DNA of 64,000 bases from positions 1,922,001-1,986,000 of the forward strand of contig MU058718.1 of assembly GCA_013265495.1 (NCBI GenBank), read 5' to 3'. This stretch comes from Vicugna vicugna. Taxonomy: Eukaryota. The notes under the pieces were generated by a model. That model was given only the letters and a program-made list of their open reading frames with translations, was not told the origin of the DNA and made no database searches. The stretch's first letter is position 1, and each line of letters starts with the position of its first letter. The translations under genes were made by a program, and so were the position numbers. Positions 55,880 through 64,000 of the stretch are shown piece after piece.

Positions 55880-57888
55880 GTACGTGATTCGTTTTACTTC
55901 ATCCACTGTTTTCTGCTAAGGTTTGTTTTGCAATTTTCTGTATATACTTTAGTTTCTCTTCTGAAAACTTTTTAGTCTTAATTGGTAGTCTTAATTTCGT
56001 ATCAGTTGGTTAAAATACAAAATAGGAAATAGCCTTCAGGCAGTTAAATTGGTCATTTTAAAAAAAGTTTTGTTATCTTAATAGGACAGATAATTAGGTG
56101 GAATAGTTAGGTGCACATTTATTCTAAACAGCCTGAGGAAATCACTCTGCTAACAGGATGTTCTTTCAGGGAATTGAACGTGGTCTTACTGCTTTGTGCT
56201 CCTTAATTCATACAGTCTTATTCATAATATAAAGTAAGTCTGATGTAAAGCACAGCCAGCATTTCCCAGTCAAATCTGTGATGACTCTTCTTGCTGTCAA
56301 AACTGACTTTTCCAGCTTTGGAAATAAACTTTACAAGAGTAGGAATAGTCCACATTTTAACATAGTCTTTCCTTAACATTTACAGTCAAAACCTAAGCAA
56401 GATTTGTGTAACATGACAAAGTTTGGTAAATTTTCATTGAAATTCACTGCTTTTGCTCACTCTGTTGAGAATTCCTTTCCTGGAAATTAATACCATAAAA
56501 GGATTGCTATTTAGGAAAACAGCTCTTCAGTACAACATACAGGGTTCTTTGCAGGGGAGTTTCACTTGGGATAGCCCCCAGTATTCTCTACACCCAGCAT
56601 CATGCCATAAAAGAAAAAGGCTTTTGGTTTGGGAGAGGGGTAAAGAAGACCTTTAAAATAAATATTTCATTTTTACCTAGTTTCATTTTTATCTCTGTTA
56701 AGGGGTATTTTTGAAACATACTCGAAAAGGCCCAATGATACACCCAGAACATTTATTACTACTTAACTTTAAATAGAATGTTTATCATATGGGTCTGAAA
56801 TCACTGAGCTAGAAATGCTCAGAAGTTTTAATCACCAGATACTTGTCTTTAAGTTGTGTCTTTAAGAGGCTGTGTTAGCTACAAGGAAATTGTTTATCCG
56901 GCAGTCATACGATGTGGGAGTAGTAAGGAATGGAGGAAATGCTGCCCTGGGGAGCTTTGTGGAATGTAGAGTGTAAGTTAAAAAGAGAAAGTGAATCAAG
57001 TACTAGTTTTTTTTTATTCTTAGTTATTTCATTTAAAAATTATTTGTAAAGAGACTTGTTTCTAAAAGTGGATTCATTTGCCTTCAAAGGCAAGGAATAG
57101 TTCCCTATCTTAGCGATCTTATCATTTCACTATCAGCTATCAGGAAAAAAAGATTTAAAGTATAATTATGAAGACTGCCAAATGTTGGTTTAGCTGTCAG
57201 ACAGGTATTGAATTTTTTCACAGAAGCCTTTAAAGTGATAGTTTCCATTTTAAAAAGATAGTTTTCTATCCCTGAGTTCTTGACTAGTCAGCTGAAAATT
57301 CTCTTGAGGACAAAGAATGTGTGACTGTCTAACTGGCAGGATGGCAGTAGGTGTGTGGTCCAAGGGCAAAGATCCTTCTAGCCTGTCTTCCACGCTGGCA
57401 TCTTGTCAAATGCACGTTCTTTTTTAATTCTCCTTTCCCTAACTGACTTTGAGGTTGCTGCTAGAAGGTAGAGACTGAGTACTGCTCTGACACCTCGTGA
57501 GTGCCAGTAGGCAGGAGTTTGGTTGCTCTTGTGGGTCAGGCGCTGTGCTATCACCGGTCACAGTGCTCAGTAATTATTAAACTACATAATCCAGTGGCCC
57601 TCAGGAGTTAGGCCTTGGGGTCGTCAGCCCTACCAGGGCATATAGTCTTTGGGGTCCATCAATATAGCCTTTGTTATATTTAATCTACTTTAATTCCTCA
57701 AAACTATTGAGTTAATTAAACTTGCTATGGATATTTTTATGTAAATATGACTCCCAACCTGGATTTTCACGTTAAAGAAAAGAATTTTTCTACATCTTAT
57801 CCATGTTAATCCAAGTTGAAATGGACTGGTATGTTTATAGCTACCACTTCTAGTGTAGTGTATGGCATATTTTTATTTTCCCTTCCAG

Positions 57889-57912
57889 GAAAAAGGATGC
57901 AAAAAACAGATG
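57889..57912 (+). CDS. FERMT2: Candidate alternative 24-nt micro-exon, EKGCKKQM
   Basis: ttttattttcccttccag|GAAAAAGGATGCAAAAAACAGATG|gtaatt; phase 0-0 matches the host intron. Confidence 0.6.
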
Positions 57913-58435
57913 GTAATTGAGGGGTTTGCTTTTCTTGTATAAATAAACAGTATGGTCACTGCACTTATTTTATGCCTTCAACTTATTTCTGAAAAGTGGT
58001 GCATGGATCATATTATCTGACTCAATATGAGACCTTAAAGGCTTTCGGATATTAATTTTTATTTTGCTACTAAAATAATTAGCTTCACCCTAACCAGTAA
58101 GAACTGGTATAGGAGGGGGAAAAGGTTATTTGCTCTTTCTGTTTTCTCCCTACAAACTTCTGCCCTTAATTCTAGTAACACTTAACAATCTAAAATAATA
58201 TGGAGTGTTTCTGAGTATTCTAAATGGAAAATAGTGGCTGCTTTCTCATTTTCGTTTTCATGCTTGCATTCACTTTGCTTGGTTTCCACCTAAAGTAATT
58301 TTTTTGCATGGTTTTTGGCGGGAATTTGGTTTGCAGGTTGCTGCAGCTTTTCCTTTGCTTCATTGCCATTTTTTTCTGATTGCCTTTTTTTTCTTTCTGC
58401 TTCCTTTTTCTTTTCTTCGCATTGCCAATCTACAG

Positions 58436-58456
58436 CCAGGCTATATAAGAGATTTG
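58436..58456 (+). CDS. FERMT2: Alternative 21-nt micro-exon, PGYIRDL
   Basis: long pyrimidine tract, tacag|CCAGGCTATATAAGAGATTTG|gtaagt; phase 0-0; matches the recalled 7-aa insert of a longer human kindlin-2 isoform. Confidence 0.92.
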
Positions 58457-59068
58457 GTAAGTTCTCCATATTTACCAAAAAGAAAAAAGAAAGAAAAATA
58501 TTTAAAGCCCTAGCCACAGTCTCCCTTCATGGGTTAATTTCCTTCTGCTCCTGGGTAGAACAGTCACTCCAAAAGTGAGTGTAATTTAAATTAAAAATTA
58601 ACTTTTCTAATGATTTCTTTAGAAAAAATTTTAAAATACTATGATTTCAAGTATTTTAAAGCTGCTAAAATATATTCCTGCTAGAAACTTGTCTTCCAGG
58701 TACTCATTCTGATCATATATCTTGTTGCTGAATTTAAGACTCATCATACACATGAGGCTTAGAACATGTGGTTTTATAAAGCAGTATCATACATGTGTGT
58801 ACTTGGAATATGTCTCAAGAATGGCAGTTATGTACGCTTAATAGTACTTACTGTTTCTTGACATAGAAACTAAAAATATATGTTGAGGTTTATTTTGAAA
58901 AGTCATTATTTTACTAAAATTTCCACATAGCTTCAGATATTTTCTAATTCCAACTCTTGCAATACATAATTTTGGGGTGGGGGGGCATGTAATTCAATTT
59001 TTTAATCTTTTGATTCTACCATGAAAGAATAATATCTAATGGTAAAAATGATGTTTAATCATGTTCAG

Positions 59069-59193
59069 ATAACAGCAAGAATCTTGGAGGCCCATCAGAA
59101 TGTAGCTCAGATGAGTCTAATTGAAGCTAAGATGAGATTCATTCAAGCTTGGCAGTCATTACCAGAATTTGGCATCACACACTTCATTGCAAG
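59069..59193 (+). CDS. FERMT2: FERMT2 exon 13 (125 nt): [11 protein letters not shown]...THFIA(R)
   Basis: tgttcag|ATA ... GCA AG|gtcagt. Confidence 0.98.
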
Positions 59194-59450
59194 GTCAGTG
59201 GTTCTGCTAAGCCCCTGTATGTGAACCTTAACCTGTGCTTATTTTTACTTAATCTACTTCATGTAATTAGAAATTAAACATCTACCTACTGAGACCCATG
59301 AACCTCTTACATATTAAATTTTTAAAATGTGGGAATATATTTCCTATCATATAATTTTTTCATCAAAAACTTAAAATGATTGCATTTGTTTTTACTCATG
59401 TAAGAACAGCACTTTTTTTAGAATTTTTAAAAAGCAAATATCTTAAGTTA

Positions 59451-61274
59451 GAGGTCAAGATGGCAGAGTGGTAGGAGCATGAGCTTGCCTCTCCTCACGA
59501 CTACAAGGAAACCACAACTGAATGCTAAACAACCATCGAAAAAAACTGGAACCTAGGAATAAAGATCTTCTGCAACTGAAAACATAAAGAGGGAACCACA
59601 GCAGGACGGTAGGAGGGGCGTGCTCGCGATATAATTGGGCCCCATACCCCCCACCCCCGTGGGCGACCCACAAGCTGGAGATTTGTTAAGTCGCAGAGGC
59701 CCTCCCACAGGAGTGAGAGCTCTAAGCCCCACGTCAGGCTCCCCAGCTCGGGTCTCAGTATCGGGAAGAGAAAGAGACCCCAAGACATCCGGTTTTGAAG
59801 GTCAGGGGGGCTTGGAGACTCCATTCACTTCAGAAGCATGCACAGGTCCAAGGCAGAGGCAGATTTCATAGGAACATGGGCCAGACCTGCCTGCTGGATT
59901 TGGAGGGTCTCCTGGGGACGTGGGGGACAGCTGTGGCTCACCCAGGGGACATAAAAGCTGGTGCAGACATTCCGGGAGTATTCACCTACATGAGCTTTCC
60001 TGGAGGCTGACATCTTGCTTGGATCATTAGCATTAAGACTGAGCCCCACCCAACAGCCTGTAGGGAAGCCTCGGGCCAAACAACATAAAGTCTGGGAACA
60101 CAGCCCCAACCTTCAGCAGACATCTTATGCCACAAAGGCCTCTAGACACAGCCCTACCCACCGGAGGTCCAGGACCAAGCTTCACCCAGCAGTGGGCAGG
60201 CACTGGCTCCTGCCAGGAACCCTATATAAGCCTCTAGTCCAGCCTCATCCACCAGGGGCAGATGCTAGAAATAAGAAAACAATAATCCCAAAGTCCTTGG
60301 AAGGAATCCACAAACACATAGACAGACAGACGATATGAGGGGGCAAAGGAATATCTCTCAGGCCAAGGCACAAGATAAAATCCCAGAAGAAGTAAGTGAT
60401 GAGGAGATAGGTAACTTATCTGAGAAAGAGTTTAAAGTAATGATGGCCAAGGCGTTTAGAGAACTCAAGAGGAGTATAGATGCACAGAGTGAAGTTTTTA
60501 GCAAAGAGTTGGAAAATATAAAGAATACCCAAACAGTTGAAGAATAAAATCACTGAACTGAATAACACACTAGAAAGAACCAGGAATAGACTCAATGAGG
60601 CAGAAGAATGGATCAGTAAGCTAGAAGACAGATTAGTGGAAATCACTACTTCAGAACAGAAAAAAGAATAAAAAGGAATGAGGATAGTTTGAGAGAACTC
60701 TGGGACAATATGAAGCGCTCATATTCTGGGATATTATACGGGTCCCAGAAAGAGAAGAGAGAGAGAAAGGACCTGAGAAAACTTTGGGAGAGAGAATAAC
60801 TGAAAAATTCCCCAACTTGGGAAAGGAAGCAGTCACCAAAGTCCTGGAAGCCCAGAGAGTACCACACAGGATCAGCCCAAAGAGGAACACACCAAGGCAC
60901 ATAGTCATCAAATTGACGGCAATTAAGGATAAGGAGAAAATTAAATTAGCAAGAGGAAAGCAACGAATAACACACAAGGGAACTCCCAGAAGGTTATCAG
61001 CTGATTTTTCAGCAGAAACTCTACAGGCCAGAAGGGAGGGGCGTGGTATATTTAAAGTGATGCAAGGGGGACACTTACGACTAAGGATACTCTATCCAGC
61101 AAGGCTGGCGTTCAGACTTGATGGAGAAATCAGAAGCTTCACAGGTAAACAAAAGCTGAAAGATTTCAGCACCACCAAACCAACTTTACAGCAAATGTTA
61201 AAGGACCTTCTCTAGTCATCAAACCATCAAAAGAGAACAAAAAGAAGAAAGAGGAAAAAAAAGACCTACAAAAA
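59451..61274 (+). mobile_element. L1 5'UTR plus frameshifted ORF1 (60335-61215) and inter-ORF spacer
   Basis: starts gaggtcaagatggc; GC-rich UTR; ORF1 peptides IGNLSEKEFKVMM, PKRNTPRHIVIKL, RLSADFSAETLQARRE, FSTTKPTLQQMLKDLL*. Confidence 0.93.
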
Positions 61275-61929
61275 GATTGCTTTGGCTGTTGGGGGTCTTT
61301 CGTGTTTCCTTCCAAATTTTGGAATTGTTCTAGTTCTGTGAGGAATGTCCTGAGTATTTTGACGGGGAGTATGTTGGCTCTGTGGATTGCTTTGGGTAGT
61401 GTGGCTATTTTGATAGAAAGATTTCTTGTGCTCTTGGATTGGAAGAATCAACACTATTTCTTTGTGTCATTCCGGTTTTCAGAGTATAGGTAACCTCCTT
61501 GGTTGTTTATTTCTAGGTATTTTGTTGTTTTTGATGTAATGGAAATGTGTCTGCCAGTTACAAAATTCTGGTTTTTGAAGTGAAAAAAAAGTGAAGGGCC
61601 ACAAATGGCAAAATATCCTTTTTTATGGGTGATTTGTATTCCATTACACACACACATACATATATATATACACACACGCATGTGCTGTATCTTCACTGTC
61701 TATTCAGCTGTTGATGTGCACTTGGGATGATTCCATGTCTTGGCAATTATAAATAACGTTGCTGTTTATAGCAGGGTGTATCTTTTTGAGTTAATTCTTA
61801 CTTTGTGGTTGGCTTTATTCCTTTGATAACTATAAGTTTAAAAACTAGAGCTGAACGTTCTTAGAAACAATGAACAGTACATACGTGTAAATTAAAAAAT
61901 ACATGTGCAGTAAAAAAAAAAAAAAAAAC

Positions 61930-62430
61930 AACCATCAAGCCATGAAAGCCATAGAAGAAACTTAAAAGACATATTACTAAATGAAAGAAGCCAGTCTGAA
62001 AAGGCTACAAACTATACGTTTCCAACCAAATGACATTCTGGAAAAGGCACAGCTACAGAAACAATAAAAAGATCATGGTTTCCAGGGGGTTGGGGAGAGG
62101 GAGGGAGGGAGGAGTGAACAGATGGAGCATAAAGGATTTTTAGGGCAATGAAATTATTCTGTATGATACTATAGTGGCTACATGTCATTACACATTTGTC
62201 AAAGCCCATAGAACGTACAATATCAAGAGTGAACCCGAATGTAAACTATGGACTTTGGTTGATAATAACGGGCCCATGTTGGTTCACCAATTGTACCAAA
62301 TATGCCACACTGATGAGGGATGTTGAGGGAGTATACATGTGTGGGTGGGGAGGGCTATGTGCAAACTCTATTTTCTGCTCAGTTCTGTTGCGAACCTGAA
62401 ACTGTTCTAAAAGTATAAAGTCTACTAAAT
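61930..62430 (+). mobile_element. L1MC-like 3' end
   Basis: catcaagccatgaaa...gaagccagtctgaaaaggctaca...gtaaactatggactttgg...taaagtcta. Confidence 0.8.
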
Positions 62431-62533
62431 ATTTTTTTTAAAAAGAGCACATATCTTGCAGAATAACAGACCGCCATGTCCCCTCCACCCCCAATGTGTT
62501 TTAAAACATTTATGTATGTTTTTAATGTTGCAG

Positions 62534-62675
62534 GTTCCAAGGGGGCAAAAAAGAAGAACTCATTGGAATCGCATACAACCGACTGATTAGGATGGATGCC
62601 AGCACAGGAGATGCAATTAAAACATGGCGTTTCAGTAACATGAAACAGTGGAATGTAAACTGGGAAATAAAAATG
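62534..62675 (+). CDS. FERMT2: FERMT2 exon 14 (142 nt), F3 with the integrin-binding QW motif: [11 protein letters not shown]...[11 protein letters not shown]
   Basis: gttgcag|G TTC ... ATG|gtaagc. Confidence 0.98.
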
Positions 62676-62949
62676 GTAAGCTCTGATGCTACTTGAACAC
62701 ATGTACAGTCCTTCTGCTAAAAATGAATGAATTAGGAAGAAAAAGGCTTCTAAATTCTGAAGATTATTTGTACCATTACCTCTTAAGAGTATAAAGCAGT
62801 TACTTCTATTCATTTCCCACTTAAATTTGCCCGTTTCTTAACTAGCCTAGTTACTGAATTCTAAGAACATAATACATTATTCTCTTGCCTTTCTATTACA
62901 TTGTTCTGTAGCGGGTAAGTCCTTTCACTCACAGAGAGCAGCTACTCTT

Positions 62950-63170
62950 CATTGATGCCCACTCTGTGCCAGGCATGACACTAGGTGCTTTACATTTGTC
63001 CCCTGTTTCTGAACCTCACTTCAGCCCTGTAAGGTAGACGGATTATCCCTGCTTTACAAATGAGGACAGGAAAATTGAGAGGACTGAGGGCCGTCATTGT
63101 CCACGACCACACACTTAGTAACAGAATCAGGATTCAAACCTGGATACTTAGGGCTCTGAAGCCTGGCACG
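62950..63170 (-). repeat. MIR SINE
   Basis: ctctgtgccaggca...tttacaaatgagga...ggattcaaacctgg. Confidence 0.75.
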
Positions 63171-63665
63171 TCTATGTGTCGTGCTACCCCTAGCCTTGGA
63201 GTACATGAGCACCAGTCTTTTACTAGTAAGTCATCTGTTTTACGGTCATTGGGTTTGTTGTATTAATTTCGATTACTTCAGAGAATCTTGTATTTCTGAA
63301 ATACTCAAACACGATACCTAAAGGTTAAATATCTAAAGCAAATGTTGAACATAACACAGGAAGTAGGTTTTCTCCCAGGACTTGAAGAGAGAGGTTCTCA
63401 TAAATTGAATCACCAGAGACCACTTGGGAACTTAATGACCTAAGCCCCTTGCATTCAGTCTTCCTTTTCAGAACATGAAACTGAAAAGGCGTGGGGGAAG
63501 GGCTGGTACACTTCAGCCTTTTGGACTTGAAGGCATTACTAGTTCAAGATGAAAAAAATACCTGAGAACCTCATTTTGCGATAAGGACAGGCCTGGAGCG
63601 AAACAGCCTCACTTGGACCCGACCGTCTGCAGCGTTGCCGGGACTGAGTTCTGTCTCTGTTCCAG

Positions 63666-63839
63666 GTCACTGTCGAGTTTGCAGATGAAGTCCGGTTGTC
63701 CTTCATTTGCACTGAGGTAGACTGCAAAGTGGTTCATGAATTCATCGGCGGCTACATATTCCTCTCAACACGTGCAAAAGACCAAAATGAGAGTTTAGAT
63801 GAAGAGATGTTCTACAAACTTACCAGTGGTTGGGTGTGA
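63666..63839 (+). CDS. FERMT2: FERMT2 last exon, coding part (174 nt): [10 protein letters not shown]...KLTSGWV*
   Basis: gttccag|GTC ... TGG GTG TGA. Confidence 0.98.
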   Translation, partial: VTVEFADEVRLSFICTEVDCKVVHEFIGGYIFLSTRAKDQNESLDEEMFYKLTSGWV

Positions 63840-63918
63840 ACGGAAGTGCTGTATGATGAAGCGCCACAGCCATAACAGTTATTTAACTTTAAAAGCTGTT
63901 GTTTGTTATATGCTGCTT

Positions 63919-63924
63919 AATAAA
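63919..63924 (+). terminator. AATAAA in the proximal 3'UTR (candidate polyadenylation signal)
   Basis: AATAAA 80 nt after the stop codon; usage not shown. Confidence 0.45.
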
Positions 63925-64000
63925 GTTAAGCTTGAAATTATTTTATCATGAGAACTTTTCTGCCTTACCAAACCAGTTACTATGTGCACTAACAACTATG

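Larger units (their letters stand above)
16769..63839 (+). other. FERMT2: FERMT2 / kindlin-2 gene body (coding span in window; N-terminal ~52 aa exon upstream of window)
   Basis: 13 GT-AG exons with consistent phases, total 1886 nt; adding a 157-nt upstream piece gives 2043 nt = 680 aa + stop, the recalled kindlin-2 length. F0-F1-F2/PH-F3 peptide recognised. Confidence 0.98.

Noticed and set aside
60784..61215. 143-aa ORF as a host gene
   Set aside because: C-terminal part of L1 ORF1p; the upstream part is frameshifted.
59429..62456. aaaaagcaaatatctt / aaaaagagcacatatctt as a TSD around the whole 3-kb repeat block
   Set aside because: Imperfect, low-complexity, and offset by 6 nt from the L1 start; not distinguishable from chance without an empty-site alignment.
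62379..62813. 144-aa minus-strand ORF (also 36657..37022)
   Set aside because: Antisense shadow of FERMT2 exons with no recognisable protein features.
1..64000. Prokaryote-type systems (CRISPR arrays, operons, rRNA) or a NUMT
   Set aside because: No regularly spaced repeats or such genes seen; the window is a spliced mammalian locus.

Overview
AT-rich mammalian genomic DNA, probably camelid judging from the tRNA-derived SINEs and L1 3' ends (inference). The window holds most of FERMT2 (kindlin-2) on the + strand: 13 GT-AG coding exons from 16769 to the TGA at 63837-63839. They total 1886 nt and translate continuously from [11 protein letters not shown] to KLTSGWV*. The first ~157 coding nt lie upstream of the window. 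Beyond this backbone the sequence shows: three frame-preserving micro-exons (33 nt at 42787, 24 nt at 57889, 21 nt at 58436) with RBFOX/MBNL-type motifs nearby; a candidate 75-nt poison exon (49866); an antisense, intronless GOLM1 retrocopy (~50566-51510); an L1 5'UTR+ORF1 element followed by scrambled antisense ORF2 pieces and ATTAAA/poly(A), possibly HAL1-like (59451-61928); and nested L1/SINE/LTR insertions, several with readable target-site duplications. Exon boundaries were read by eye. Repeat boundaries and subfamily names are approximate and come from recalled consensus features, not a database search. Exon numbers follow the human gene as recalled.
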